DNA from: Bacillota bacterium
Lineage (GTDB): Bacteria > Bacillota_I > Bacilli_A > RF39 > UBA660
Reading direction: 5' to 3'
NCBI GenBank assembly: GCA_003524085.1
Contig: DOEC01000006.1
Location: 1,146-65,145 of the forward strand
Length of the DNA stretch: 64,000 nucleotides
Under the pieces are notes generated by a model. The model made no database searches. It saw only the letters and a program-made list of their open reading frames with translations, and was not told the DNA's origin. Position 1 is the stretch's first letter. Each line of letters starts with the position of its first letter. This document shows, in pieces, positions 47,285 through 57,719 of the stretch. Made by a program: the position numbers and the translations under genes.

Positions 47285-47647
47285 TTAATTTTCTTTGTTT
47301 TTTTTTATTTCTTTTATTTTTTGGTTTGTCCAGTTCTTCAAATTAGCATGCAACAGTCCAAAACCACTGCCAGATTCCGGTATCATTGACAATTGTTGCT
47401 CAACTTTGTAGTCTATTTTCTTTATAGAAAGTTTGACTTCTCTTTTATCCTCATTAATATCTAAAACCTTAACATTTATTATATCTCCAATGCTAAACAA
47501 ATCGTTAAGATTTTTAACAAATTGGTTTGAAACCTCAGAAATATGAACTAACCCACTATAATCATCTTCCAAGCTCACAAAAACACCATAAGGGGTTATA
47601 CCTGTTACCTGACCTTTCACAATATTGTTAAGTTTAATACTATTCAT
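47285..47647 (-). CDS. S1 RNA-binding domain protein (general stress protein 13 / YugI-like)
   Basis: There is a single S1 domain (VKGQVTGITPYGVFVSL...HISE). Confidence 0.7.
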   Translation of the reverse strand: MNSIKLNNIVKGQVTGITPYGVFVSLEDDYSGLVHISEVSNQFVKNLNDLFSIGDIINVKVLDINEDKREVKLSIKKIDYKVEQQLSMIPESGSGFGLLHANLKNWTNQKIKEIKKNKEN

Positions 47648-47689
47648 ACGACATCACATGTACATTATACCAAATTTTTGTTATTTAGT

Positions 47690-48592
47690 CTACATATTTT
47701 CTAACCATTCTACTTTGGGTATGTTATATTTTTTGTTAATCATATTAAACACATCAAATAATAGTATTTCATAATCCCTAGACTTACTTATAAACTTCAT
47801 AAGCGTTTTCTCATCAACTTCTTCTTCTAAAATTAATTTAACCTGGTCGAAATAATATACCGGATACAGTAATCTAGAAAACAATAATCTTAAATTTACA
47901 CGATTAAATTTTTTTAACGTTTCAACAACTTCCTCTAAATCCAATGTCCCATCAAAAAATTTTGTTTCAATATAAAGCGCTGTATCTCTTATTTCATAGT
48001 CAAATGTAAAGTTAATCGCGTTGTTAATTAAACCACTTAAAACATATTTGTTTAGTCTCTTATGGCCTAATGAAACCTTAGCGTCGTTCATATTTTCAGT
48101 TTCTTTTATATCAACATAGTAACTAATTGCGTTTTCAGCTAGGCCTACATAATAATCAAATGATTCTTGAATAAGTGGATAGTCTATGTTAAGGTCTGCC
48201 ATTTCACTTTCAAACACATCTATTTTCTTGCCCCATAGAACATCATAAGGTACGACATTATTGTTTTTTAGTATTAATAAATTATTAAAGTATATTAAAT
48301 CTTTTAACGAATATTTATCATTTTCTAGTGAATTTACCCTTAATAATACATATATCTTATCATTTAGTGCTACATAGAAAGTCTTGTTTTTATTAATTAT
48401 AAATGTGTCCACGAATATATTTCTTTTATATAACGAATTTGTTACTTTTACTAAAAATTCTATTTCTTCTATAGATTTTGACGTTTCTACAAAGTAATAT
48501 TTAAAGTCATTAAAATAAAAGTAGCAACCATTGTTAATTTCTACTATTTTACTAGGATAAATATTGTAATAATAGTTTATTGTTTCTTTCAT
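47690..48592 (-). CDS. Hypothetical protein (possibly CotS/YutH-like kinase-fold spore protein; weak)
   Basis: ORF only. The suggestion rests on family-level resemblance. Confidence 0.35.
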   Translation of the reverse strand: MKETINYYYNIYPSKIVEINNGCYFYFNDFKYYFVETSKSIEEIEFLVKVTNSLYKRNIFVDTFIINKNKTFYVALNDKIYVLLRVNSLENDKYSLKDLIYFNNLLILKNNNVVPYDVLWGKKIDVFESEMADLNIDYPLIQESFDYYVGLAENAISYYVDIKETENMNDAKVSLGHKRLNKYVLSGLINNAINFTFDYEIRDTALYIETKFFDGTLDLEEVVETLKKFNRVNLRLLFSRLLYPVYYFDQVKLILEEEVDEKTLMKFISKSRDYEILLFDVFNMINKKYNIPKVEWLENM

Positions 48593-48628
48593 AGTATCAC
48601 TAGTAAATTATATACAAAAAAACTGCAA

Positions 48629-49621
48629 TTATGCAGCTTGTTTATATGATAATGTTTGGTCAGGCATTGATTTTTGGTAATTCATGTTCTGTGCACTTTC
48701 CAACTTTTTTATTTTAGCTTGAAGTTCAGCTATTATTTCGTCTTTTTTCATTAGCTCTGCTCTTATTCTCTCAAAGCATATTTCTACGGCGTCTTTTTGT
48801 TTTTCTGTCTTTTCTTCTTGTTTGTATAATTCTTGTGGTGTAACAAGTTTTTCACTGCTTACTTCAGGCATATCAAATGCAGGCTCAGACACTGGTCCTG
48901 ATGTGACATCAACTACTGGTTCATTAGCAGATTCAGGTATAGGTGTTGATGTTTCTGTAGAAGGTACATCTACAACTGGTTCAGAAATAGCTGGCATTGC
49001 TGAAACTTCTGGGGTTACAGGTACAACTGGTTCTGCTGGACTAGCAGCTGCGATTTGGTCAAATATATTAGTACTTTCTAATGCAGGTTCAGCTTCTGCT
49101 GGTTTTACTTCTTCTTTTGCTTCTGACACTACTGGAGTTGGTTCTTGTACTGGTGCTGGTTCAGCAGGTGTTTGTACTATTGTTTCAGGGGTAACAGCAG
49201 GTTCTGGTGTTACACTCACTTCTGGTGTTTCAGAAGGAGTTTCAATTGTAAATGAGCTTTCCAAAGAAATACTTGCAAATTTTTCTTTATCAGTATCTTT
49301 TATTCCAATTACTCTTGAACCTAATAATTCTACAACACCACTTATATTCTTTGAACTATCCATTTTATTTCCTTGAATAATTGATTTCATAGCTGCTTTT
49401 ACATTATCCCATACGCTTTCATCAGTTATAGCAACAAATTTAAATAACCCTGGAGTTTCTTCAGTTACTTCAGAAATATAAACTTTACTCATTCCTTCTT
49501 TTAATCTCTCATTTTTTGATATTATAGCAAATGTCTTATTTAAATCTTTTATATCAAAATAATATACTATTTCTACATTTTCATTTGTTCCATCTAAATT
49601 TTTAACAGTGATTGTTTTCAT
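48629..49621 (-). CDS. Protein with a structured N-terminal domain, a Pro/Thr/Glu/Val-rich low-complexity linker and a C-terminal coiled coil
   Basis: The linker is 48850-49260 and is locally GC-enriched. The C-terminus is heptad-like. Confidence 0.5.
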   Translation of the reverse strand: MKTITVKNLDGTNENVEIVYYFDIKDLNKTFAIISKNERLKEGMSKVYISEVTEETPGLFKFVAITDESVWDNVKAAMKSIIQGNKMDSSKNISGVVELLGSRVIGIKDTDKEKFASISLESSFTIETPSETPEVSVTPEPAVTPETIVQTPAEPAPVQEPTPVVSEAKEEVKPAEAEPALESTNIFDQIAAASPAEPVVPVTPEVSAMPAISEPVVDVPSTETSTPIPESANEPVVDVTSGPVSEPAFDMPEVSSEKLVTPQELYKQEEKTEKQKDAVEICFERIRAELMKKDEIIAELQAKIKKLESAQNMNYQKSMPDQTLSYKQAA

Positions 49622-49693
49622 TATCTCACTCTCCTACTATTAACATCATACCATAAAAAAACATTTTTTACAAATGTTTTTTGAATTTTTTAG

Positions 49694-49990
49694 CTATTTT
49701 TTTTCTAAAATGAAGTATTTACAACCATAAGCACAATTTTCTTCTATATATTTATCTATTTTTTGATAGTCATTTATGCTATTATTAATCTTGTTTTCTT
49801 TTTTTGTAAATCCTTTTAGTCTTAATTTTGAATAAGCATAATCTCCCACAATATAATCGTAATCTTTAAAGTAATCAGTTACCAATTGTGTTACTTCTTC
49901 AATATCAAAACATTCACCTTTATCTTTTATTAATTTATATTCTTGCTCTAATAAGGTCATCATTTTCCTCCTAATAAAATTATACAACAA
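49694..49990 (-). CDS. Hypothetical small protein
   Basis: ORF only. Confidence 0.35.
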   Translation of the reverse strand: MLYNFIRRKMMTLLEQEYKLIKDKGECFDIEEVTQLVTDYFKDYDYIVGDYAYSKLRLKGFTKKENKINNSINDYQKIDKYIEENCAYGCKYFILEKK

Positions 49991-49997
49991 ATTTATA

Positions 49998-50726
49998 CTA
50001 ATTGCTACTAGTAATTGGACTAGTTACTGCATAAGACCCACCGTACACGTTTGGAATTTTACCCTGTATTATTTTTACCACTAACGGAATACTATTATTT
50101 ACTAATACGTCTTTTGAAATAAGTGGTAACATAAATCTCATATTTACTGTCACGTCAATGTAAACTTTTAGTAAAGAGTTGTTTATTCCATATGATGACA
50201 CTTCTGTTTTAATATTGCTTACTATACTACCTATTACTTTAGCTTTTAGTGGAACTTTTGGGCCAATATTTGAAAGTGTATAGTTTCCTGTAATATATCC
50301 CAATGGTATTTTGTATATTAAGTCCTCTGTTTCAATCTCGGTATCTTCAAGTTTATATCTTCCGTTTTCAAATGATTTTAAATCTTTGTATACTGCTTTA
50401 TTTAATTTCACTAGGCTTTTATTTATTTTAGCTGTGTTAAAGTCTACGCTTATTACTTCATCATTCTTATTTGTAAGTGTATTAAAAAAAGACATTGTTT
50501 CTTCTTCAGAAAATGAAATACTTTCTACAGCGTCACTTATTATTAATGAACTTATCTTTTTTACTTCGTTTTCGGCATACACTTCTAATGGTGGCACAAT
50601 TTTCGTATTTATGTATTTAAAGGTTAAACTGACTATTAGTAAAACTAGAAATGTCACAATTAAAATGGTATCTTTTTTTGTTAGTTTTATTAACAAATTT
50701 CGTTTTAATCTCATTTTCTTTTTCAT
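49998..50726 (-). CDS. yunB: Sporulation protein YunB-like
   Basis: It has an N-terminal signal-anchor and the C-terminus IIQGKIPNVYGG typical of YunB. Confidence 0.55.
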   Translation of the reverse strand: MKKKMRLKRNLLIKLTKKDTILIVTFLVLLIVSLTFKYINTKIVPPLEVYAENEVKKISSLIISDAVESISFSEEETMSFFNTLTNKNDEVISVDFNTAKINKSLVKLNKAVYKDLKSFENGRYKLEDTEIETEDLIYKIPLGYITGNYTLSNIGPKVPLKAKVIGSIVSNIKTEVSSYGINNSLLKVYIDVTVNMRFMLPLISKDVLVNNSIPLVVKIIQGKIPNVYGGSYAVTSPITSSN

Positions 50727-50760
50727 ATTAAATTATATAATAAAAATAAAAGAACTATTA

Positions 50761-51672
50761 CTAAAATAGTTCCAAATCAAACACGTAGTTACCTATTATT
50801 ATTAGTGAAGCCACTATTGATAAAATAAGTATTATTATCAAGAATGTTTTTATAAATGAAGACTTTTTCACACTTTTTTCTAATTCATCAAAACCTTCAA
50901 AATCATCTTTACTAAATGTCATTGAGTTTGTGTAAAAGCTCTTGTCTAAGTCACTCATTTTTTCTTTTAGGTTAACTAATTCTTCAGTTTTTTGTTCTTG
51001 TAAACTTTCAGTTTCTTTAGTCTCAAGCTTTTTAGCGTCAATGTACTCGCTTATTTCATTTGTTAAGTCTTTTTTACTTTGTTCTTCTTCAATTGGTCCA
51101 GTTGTATCTCCGCCTGCCATTAATTCTTCTAGTAAGTTTACGTCTCCTTTATGTATTGTTACAGTGTTTATTAAATCCACTATTGTTCTTTCGTCTGTAT
51201 TCAAAGTTGCTGTTGGCTCATCAACGTCATCGTTGTCTATCTCTTTATACATCTTTATTTTGTCAAGAATATCATATTCACTACTTCTTACTTGTTTATA
51301 TCTTTCTTCACTATATTCAATACTTCTATTTTCTCTTGCTTTTTCTAAAACGGAATTAATGTCATAAACTTTTTTAACTTCAGTTTTTGGTAGCGAAGTT
51401 GGTTCTTCTTCAGGTAAGGAAATCATTTTTCTTCTAACTTTATTTTTTTCGTTATTTTCATTAATGTATTTTTTAATTTTTTCTAGGTCAATTGTTTTAC
51501 CAGTTTGCTCAATTATTTTAACATTTGAATTATTGTTTACACGTGAAAGCTCACACTCTTTTACTTCGTCATATAAAGCAATATTTTTGCTTACTCTACT
51601 TTGAGTGTTTTCTACTTGCTCATTATTTAAATAATTATATTTTTCCATTCTAGAACTCATATTTTTCACCAT
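50761..51672 (-). CDS. Hypothetical acidic protein with a C-terminal TM anchor
   Basis: ORF only. The C-terminus is hydrophobic. Confidence 0.4.
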   Translation of the reverse strand: MVKNMSSRMEKYNYLNNEQVENTQSRVSKNIALYDEVKECELSRVNNNSNVKIIEQTGKTIDLEKIKKYINENNEKNKVRRKMISLPEEEPTSLPKTEVKKVYDINSVLEKARENRSIEYSEERYKQVRSSEYDILDKIKMYKEIDNDDVDEPTATLNTDERTIVDLINTVTIHKGDVNLLEELMAGGDTTGPIEEEQSKKDLTNEISEYIDAKKLETKETESLQEQKTEELVNLKEKMSDLDKSFYTNSMTFSKDDFEGFDELEKSVKKSSFIKTFLIIILILSIVASLIIIGNYVFDLELF

Positions 51673-51757
51673 ACTAATTTTATCATATTTTTTGCGAAAA
51701 TAGAAGTATATTAATTGATTTTCTTTAAATTTAATTATATAATATTTTTAGGAGGAA

Positions 51758-51961
51758 ATGAAAATGGAAAAGATAGAAATTAATAAGGATGCGTGTATCG
51801 GATGTGGAATGTGTGTGCATGACCACCCAAATTATCTAATTTTTGATGAAAACGGGCAAGCTGAGCCTGTTGGAAAGGAAGTTAAACCAGAGGACAAGAA
51901 AAGCTTTTTAGATACAATTGAAAGCTGCCCTACAGAAGCTATTTCAATAGTTCAAGAATAG
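51758..51961 (+). CDS. Ferredoxin (single [4Fe-4S] cluster type)
   Basis: The motif CIGCGMC...CP is present and the protein is 67 aa. Confidence 0.8.
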   Translation: MKMEKIEINKDACIGCGMCVHDHPNYLIFDENGQAEPVGKEVKPEDKKSFLDTIESCPTEAISIVQE

Positions 51962-51991
51962 AAATAAAGTCTTACATAATGTAAGGCTCTT

Positions 51992-52702
51992 TTATTTTAG
52001 ACTGTATAATTTTTTTACTTCTTTTAAAGATAACTCTCTATATTCTCCACTTTTTAATCCACTTAAATCTAAAAATGCGTACTTTTCTCTTTTTAATTTT
52101 TCTACGTCATAATTTAAAGCGTTAAACATATCTTTTACTTGATGGTTTCTACCTTCAGTTATTACAACTTTAACATAACTTACGTCTGTTTTTTTGTCGT
52201 ACCTATCTAATTTAAAGATAGCTTTCTTTGTTTTTTTACCATTTAAAAGTATTCCACTACTTAAAGTAAGAGCGTCTTCTTTTTTAAAGAAACCTTTAAC
52301 TTTTGCGTAGTACTCTTTTGTAACATCATGTTTTGGATGAGTTAAAATATTAGATAGTTCTCCATCATTTGTAAGTAAGATTATGCCTGTTGTATCATAG
52401 TCAAGTCTGCCAACTGAAAACACTCTTTTTTCACTTTTTACTAAATCGCAAACTGTTTTTCTTCCCTTATCATCTGTTACTGAACTTATTACGCTGCGTG
52501 GTTTATAAAGAAGAAAATATGAGTGATCCTGTTTTCTTAAAATTTGATTATCTATTTCTATTAAATCTGCGTCAGTTACTTTAGTACCAAGCTCTTTTAC
52601 AACACTTCCATTTACTTTTACTTTTCCTTTTAAAATTAATTCTTCAGCTTTTCTTCTGCTAGTATAGCCGCATTCACTTATATATTTTTGTAATCTTTCC
52701 AT
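51992..52702 (-). CDS. rRNA pseudouridine synthase (RsuA/RluB family)
   Basis: The S4 domain N-terminus is RLQKYISECGYTSRRKAEELI and the catalytic Asp is in GRLDYDTTG. Confidence 0.85.
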   Translation of the reverse strand: MERLQKYISECGYTSRRKAEELILKGKVKVNGSVVKELGTKVTDADLIEIDNQILRKQDHSYFLLYKPRSVISSVTDDKGRKTVCDLVKSEKRVFSVGRLDYDTTGIILLTNDGELSNILTHPKHDVTKEYYAKVKGFFKKEDALTLSSGILLNGKKTKKAIFKLDRYDKKTDVSYVKVVITEGRNHQVKDMFNALNYDVEKLKREKYAFLDLSGLKSGEYRELSLKEVKKLYSLK

Positions 52703-52726
52703 AAATAACACCACTTACATTATAAA

Positions 52727-53782
52727 TTATTTTTTCCAAAAAAACAACTTACTTTTTAGTGAATGTTCTTTTTGATGTTTAGAAATTATAAATATATTAG
52801 CTTCTGTTACATATTTATTGTCAACATAAACTATGGCTTTTCCTATTACTTCTTTATCTTTTACTTTCTTCTTTTTTATAATATCTATATCTATTTTGAT
52901 CTTGTCTCTTTCATCTTTTTTTAGCATTACTTCCACGTCTTCATTGATATATAAATGGTAACTCTTATAATATTCACTTTTTACATTAAATGTTTTTTTA
53001 TTCAATATTTTATAACTATCATACTCTTTAAAATATTCTTCATATAACTTTTTGTGAGTATTAAATCTATCTTTTTCTTTCATTGTTACTACAATTAAGT
53101 TTTCTCCTGCTTTAGTTGCACTTGAAACAAACATATACCCTGCTTTTTCTGTATAGCCAATTTTTCCACCTGTTAAAAATTTATAACTTCTTAATAGTTC
53201 GTTTTTGTTATACCAAATGTGAGCTTCTATGTTCGAAGTAAGCATATACTTTTTTAATTTTGTAATTTCCATAAATGTCTTATTTGTAGTTGCATATCTC
53301 ATTAGAAGAGCTAAATCATGGGCAGTGCTTATATTTTCTGTTTCATTATCTAGTCCATGCGGATTTTTAAAATTGGTAGATGTCATTCCTAGCTTATTTG
53401 CAAGGATATTCATTTCTTTTATAAAGTTATCATACCCAATAGTCTCTGTAGCTATTACCATTGCCGCGTCATTACCACTTCGTAAGTTGAGTCCAACCAG
53501 TAAATCATATAAAGTCATGCATTCTCCAATATCTAAATAAATCATTGAACCGTAGACACTTAGTACTTCTTTTCCAGCACAAAGTACGTCAGTAGTGCTT
53601 GCGTTTTCTAAAGCCACCAAAGACGTCATTATTTTTGTAGTACTTGCAATTAACATCTTTTCGTCCATGTTTTTTGAAGACAAAATTCTAGAACTTTTAG
53701 TGTCCATTACAACGTAACTTTCTAGTGCATCAATTTTTAAAATTGGAATTAATAAAATAACAAATAATATAATCTTTTTCAT
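52727..53782 (-). CDS. Serine-type D-Ala-D-Ala carboxypeptidase (PBP5/DacF-like, S11)
   Basis: A signal peptide is present with SxxK (ASTTK), SGN (RSGND) and KTG-like motifs. Confidence 0.85.
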   Translation of the reverse strand: MKKIILFVILLIPILKIDALESYVVMDTKSSRILSSKNMDEKMLIASTTKIMTSLVALENASTTDVLCAGKEVLSVYGSMIYLDIGECMTLYDLLVGLNLRSGNDAAMVIATETIGYDNFIKEMNILANKLGMTSTNFKNPHGLDNETENISTAHDLALLMRYATTNKTFMEITKLKKYMLTSNIEAHIWYNKNELLRSYKFLTGGKIGYTEKAGYMFVSSATKAGENLIVVTMKEKDRFNTHKKLYEEYFKEYDSYKILNKKTFNVKSEYYKSYHLYINEDVEVMLKKDERDKIKIDIDIIKKKKVKDKEVIGKAIVYVDNKYVTEANIFIISKHQKEHSLKSKLFFWKK

Positions 53783-53817
53783 AGCAAATTTTATGTTTTA
53801 AATAAAGAAAAAAGAAC

Positions 53818-54363
53818 TTATTCTTGTTCATAATTATAAGTTCCATGTATTTTTTCTAATGTGGTTTTGTCAAGTGGCGACACTTTCCAACTACCATCTT
53901 CTTTAGTTAAATTTATTTCTATTGTGTATTCTACTCGGTCAGTAGTGTTTTGCATAGATTTAAGTTTGTAATCCATAAATTTGTCGTTATCGTATGAGTC
54001 ATTTGTTAAAAATTCACTTTCATGAGTACTCTTATAACTTTCAGCATCTTTTTGTGCTTTATAGAAATCGTACACAGTAATTTTAGCTTTAACCGTTGCA
54101 TCGTCACCATTTACTGTTTCGTCTTCTATAGTATACTTTAAGTCTGAGTACTGCATTTTCATAATATTAGTGTATGTAGTTTTTTGATAATCAGTTGTTA
54201 ATGTTGTTCCTTCTACAACTAATTCTAAATCGTCTAAAACTGCATTATCTAGATTTTGATATTTTTTAAATAACTCTTCTACTTTCTTTGTTGGAGTATT
54301 TTTATTTAGACTACACCCTACTAATAAGAACACACTTAAACATATAACTAAAATTTTCTTCAT
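53818..54363 (-). CDS. Lipoprotein of unknown function
   Basis: A signal peptide is present with the lipobox LLVGCS. Confidence 0.55.
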   Translation of the reverse strand: MKKILVICLSVFLLVGCSLNKNTPTKKVEELFKKYQNLDNAVLDDLELVVEGTTLTTDYQKTTYTNIMKMQYSDLKYTIEDETVNGDDATVKAKITVYDFYKAQKDAESYKSTHESEFLTNDSYDNDKFMDYKLKSMQNTTDRVEYTIEINLTKEDGSWKVSPLDKTTLEKIHGTYNYEQE

Positions 54364-54408
54364 TATTCCACCTCTAGTTATAGATTAACCAAAAATTTCT
54401 AATATATA

Positions 54409-55041
54409 CTATTTTTTTACAGTTAACATATTTAATAGAGAATAGAATTCACGATGTTTATCTGTATAATCTTTTTTTATAGATTTTACTAGCAAAGTGT
54501 AGGCATTTATTGCTGCTTCTTTATTAAACCATTCATAATATAAATAATTAATTTTTTCTTCATCTAATTTTATAATTTCTAATTCTTCTAGTATTTTGTC
54601 GACTAAACTGTTTTCGTCTCTTAGCATTTTGTTTTTAGTGATATTATTATTAATTACATTATATGCTAAAGCAGTCATTCTCATTGTTTTAGACATATTA
54701 GATATTTCTACTTCTTCATTAATTAAAAACTTACTTTTCTTAATAACTAAACCCTTTTTATCAACTAGCACCATAAGGCTATTTATTCCATCAGTTACTA
54801 TAAATGAATACTCTAGTGTTTCTACATTTTTGGATGTAAAGACCTGGGTTTTATCTTTTACTACACTTAGAAACTCTTTATCTATTCTTACTTTTTTGTA
54901 TGTCAAATCTCCTAAAATATTAGTTTTCACCTTAAATAATGGGCACCTTCTTACGTGATAAAAATCGTCTGTTGTTTTCCAGTCATAAAAATCATAAAGC
55001 ATATCATTAAAATTTACTAATATATCGTACACATATACCAT
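54409..55041 (-). CDS. Hypothetical protein
   Basis: ORF. The start chosen is MVYVYDIL with an AAGGAAAGG RBS. Confidence 0.4.
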   Translation of the reverse strand: MVYVYDILVNFNDMLYDFYDWKTTDDFYHVRRCPLFKVKTNILGDLTYKKVRIDKEFLSVVKDKTQVFTSKNVETLEYSFIVTDGINSLMVLVDKKGLVIKKSKFLINEEVEISNMSKTMRMTALAYNVINNNITKNKMLRDENSLVDKILEELEIIKLDEEKINYLYYEWFNKEAAINAYTLLVKSIKKDYTDKHREFYSLLNMLTVKK

Positions 55042-55043
55042 TG

Positions 55044-55244
55044 TTATTTTCCTTTCCTTAAAGCATAAATTATTAAAAGTACTCCAGGAATTATAAGTAA
55101 GCATTCCCACCTTCTAGATATATAGTTTACATAATTTATAAAAGTATACCCGATGCTTAATAAATTTATGTATATTATAATGAATGTTAAACTAAATCCA
55201 GTTAGAAGTATTCCTATAATTAAAGTTAAAAATTTGAATAACAT
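55044..55244 (-). CDS. Small two-TM membrane protein (66 aa), translationally coupled to the downstream ORF
   Basis: ORF only. It is hydrophobic. Confidence 0.3.
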   Translation of the reverse strand: MLFKFLTLIIGILLTGFSLTFIIIYINLLSIGYTFINYVNYISRRWECLLIIPGVLLIIYALRKGK

Positions 55245-55313
55245 ATTTACACTCCCTACTTAAATAGTATTTATTTATCACAAGTTTTAGTATATAATTA
55301 TATTGGTGATATT

Positions 55314-56117
55314 ATGAAAGAAATATTAATTTATGTATTTTTGGGAATTGTGCAAGGTTTAACCGAGCCATTACCAATTAGTTCAAGTGGACACGTTTTT
55401 GTTTTGAAGAAACTTCTTGGAATTACCGCAAGTGACTTAAACTTTGAAATTGTTGTTAATTTTGGTAGTTTACTTGCAATTTTGCTTATTTATAAAGACG
55501 ATTTGATTAGACTTATTAAGAATTTCTTTATGTATTTTAAGGTAAAGAATGAAGAAACTAAAAGAGATTTTAAGTATTGCTGGTTAATTGTACTTGGTAG
55601 TATTCCAGTTGGTATAATGGGATTATTATTTAAAGACATGATAGAAGAAAAACTTAATAATATGACAATTGTAGGAATTGCATTTTTAGTTACAAGTTTA
55701 TTTTTACTTTTAGTTAGTAACATCAGAGGTAAAAGAAAAGAAAGTGATATGAACATAATGGACTCAGTTGTTATTGGACTTACTCAAGTTGTAGCTTTAA
55801 TTCCTGGAATTAGTAGAAGCGGTTCTACACTAATTGGTGGCTTATTTAGAAAACTTGATAGAGAAACAGCATTAAAATACTCATTTATGCTTTATATTCC
55901 AGTCAGTGTTGGTACTACACTACTTGGTTTCAAAGACTTATTAGAAACATCTAACTTACACGACATCGTACTTCCTTATGGACTTGGATTTATTGCTTCA
56001 ATGGTAGTGTCATACTTTACTTTAAGATGGTTTATAGGCGTGGTTAAAAAAGGTAATTTAAAATATTTCAGTTTATACACTTTAATACTTGGAATTTTAA
56101 TTCTAATATTTATGTAA
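55314..56117 (+). CDS. uppP: Undecaprenyl-diphosphatase
   Basis: The GLTEPLPISSSGH motif is present along with a polytopic BacA architecture. Confidence 0.9.
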   Translation: MKEILIYVFLGIVQGLTEPLPISSSGHVFVLKKLLGITASDLNFEIVVNFGSLLAILLIYKDDLIRLIKNFFMYFKVKNEETKRDFKYCWLIVLGSIPVGIMGLLFKDMIEEKLNNMTIVGIAFLVTSLFLLLVSNIRGKRKESDMNIMDSVVIGLTQVVALIPGISRSGSTLIGGLFRKLDRETALKYSFMLYIPVSVGTTLLGFKDLLETSNLHDIVLPYGLGFIASMVVSYFTLRWFIGVVKKGNLKYFSLYTLILGILILIFM

Positions 56118-56179
56118 GCAAAAGAAAACTCTAGAATAATATCTAGAGTTTTTTAATAAAAAAAGCCTTATTTAGGCTC

Positions 56180-57715
56180 TTATTCAAAATAATCAATATC
56201 TTCTAGAAAGTCGTCGTCAGTATTTTCTTCTTTGGTTTCTTGTTCTTCACTACTATTTACTTTTTTCTCAGTTGTATTTTCAATTTCTACAGGCTCTTCA
56301 CTAGATGTTTCTTGAGTCTCTACAGAACTACTTTCTTTAGTTTCTTCTTCGTCTTCATCATACATTGAAGTTTTAACTAATTCTTCTTTTATTTTAGGAG
56401 CTTTATTTGTTTGTGTGTCGTCTCCTCTAGACCAAATACTTTCTATTTCTTCTTTTATAACATCAACGTTAACATATAAGTATTGTTGTTCATTATATAA
56501 ACTATTTATTCTGTTAGTGTATTCAAGTTGTTTAATCTTGTCTTCAAATTTACTTAAAGTATCTACTCCATCATTTTGAATTCTATCGTTAAGTATCTCT
56601 AGACTTCTTTCTTCTTTAATTATTTCGTTATGTAAGTTATTGTAGTTTATATCCAAGTTTCTTAACTCTTCATTAAAGTTTTCTATATCTAGTTCATACT
56701 TATTTTCTAAGAATTTATCACTATTTATTTCGTCGTTTAATAAATTTATGATACTAGCATATTCGCTTTCTAAGTTGTTTAAATTTGACTCATTAAATAA
56801 TAATTCTTCAAGAGTTTTAAGCTTTTCTTCTTTTTTAAGTCTTTCAATTCTAGTACTAAGGAAAAGATTTTTTGACTCGTCAATAAGAGTATTTAACTCT
56901 TCTTTTCTTTTTTCTATTCCAGTAATAGTACTTTTAAATGTTTCAATTCTTTTGTTATGATATTTAGTTTTCTCAAATAAACTTTCTTTGATTTCGTCAC
57001 TTGAGTAATTATTTTTTTCTAAAACGTTAGTTATATCATTTTTCTTGTTGTTGTATAGATCAATTAATTCAAAGATATTGCTACCTTTTATTTCATCTAA
57101 AGTACGTTCGTAATTATTTTTAGCACGTTCTGTTAAAGTATCAAGTAAGTCTTTTACTTCCACTAAAGATCTATTGTTTTTAAAAGCACTAAGTAGTTCA
57201 GTTCCAATTAATATAGAATTCTTTTCTTTGTTATCAAGTGCTTCATTTACTAAAGATAATTCTCTTTCTAAAGTGTTAAGATAAACTTCATCCTTACTTT
57301 TGTCTGAATCATCAGTATAACTTAAATTATCAAGTTTGTAGTTTACTACTTCTATTAGTTCTTCAACACTATTAAGTTCTTTAGTAATAACTTCAATGTC
57401 GCCAGTAGTTTTTGCTTTAACTTTGCATTTTAAAGTTTTATCATTTAGCTTAAGTTCTAATTCACTCTTCTGATTTTTTAAATTGTTTAATGTTTCTGTT
57501 AAGTATTTTTTTTCTTCTTCGTCTTTAATCTTCTTATCTTTGTCAATATAGTCGTGAGTGTCTAGCTTACTTTTAATACTATCTATTTCTTCAGTTAAGT
57601 AGTTCTTTCTTGACTCTAGATAGTCAGTATCTTCTAGTACTCTTAAGTCAGTTATTTTGTAACCACTCTTTTTGACAAGTATACCAATTAAGTCTTCTAA
57701 TGCACGATAGTTCAT
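56180..57715 (-). CDS. Long coiled-coil protein with an acidic C-terminal tail (paralog A)
   Basis: It is heptad-rich throughout. Its N-terminus is LVKKSGY-like, similar to the neighbouring gene. Confidence 0.5.
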   Translation of the reverse strand: MNYRALEDLIGILVKKSGYKITDLRVLEDTDYLESRKNYLTEEIDSIKSKLDTHDYIDKDKKIKDEEEKKYLTETLNNLKNQKSELELKLNDKTLKCKVKAKTTGDIEVITKELNSVEELIEVVNYKLDNLSYTDDSDKSKDEVYLNTLERELSLVNEALDNKEKNSILIGTELLSAFKNNRSLVEVKDLLDTLTERAKNNYERTLDEIKGSNIFELIDLYNNKKNDITNVLEKNNYSSDEIKESLFEKTKYHNKRIETFKSTITGIEKRKEELNTLIDESKNLFLSTRIERLKKEEKLKTLEELLFNESNLNNLESEYASIINLLNDEINSDKFLENKYELDIENFNEELRNLDINYNNLHNEIIKEERSLEILNDRIQNDGVDTLSKFEDKIKQLEYTNRINSLYNEQQYLYVNVDVIKEEIESIWSRGDDTQTNKAPKIKEELVKTSMYDEDEEETKESSSVETQETSSEEPVEIENTTEKKVNSSEEQETKEENTDDDFLEDIDYFE

Positions 57716-57719
57716 ATTA

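Noticed and set aside
48822-49376. 184-aa plus-strand ORF rich in Gly/Ser/Thr.
   Set aside because: It is antisense to the PT-rich linker of the gene at 48629-49621. It is a compositional artefact.
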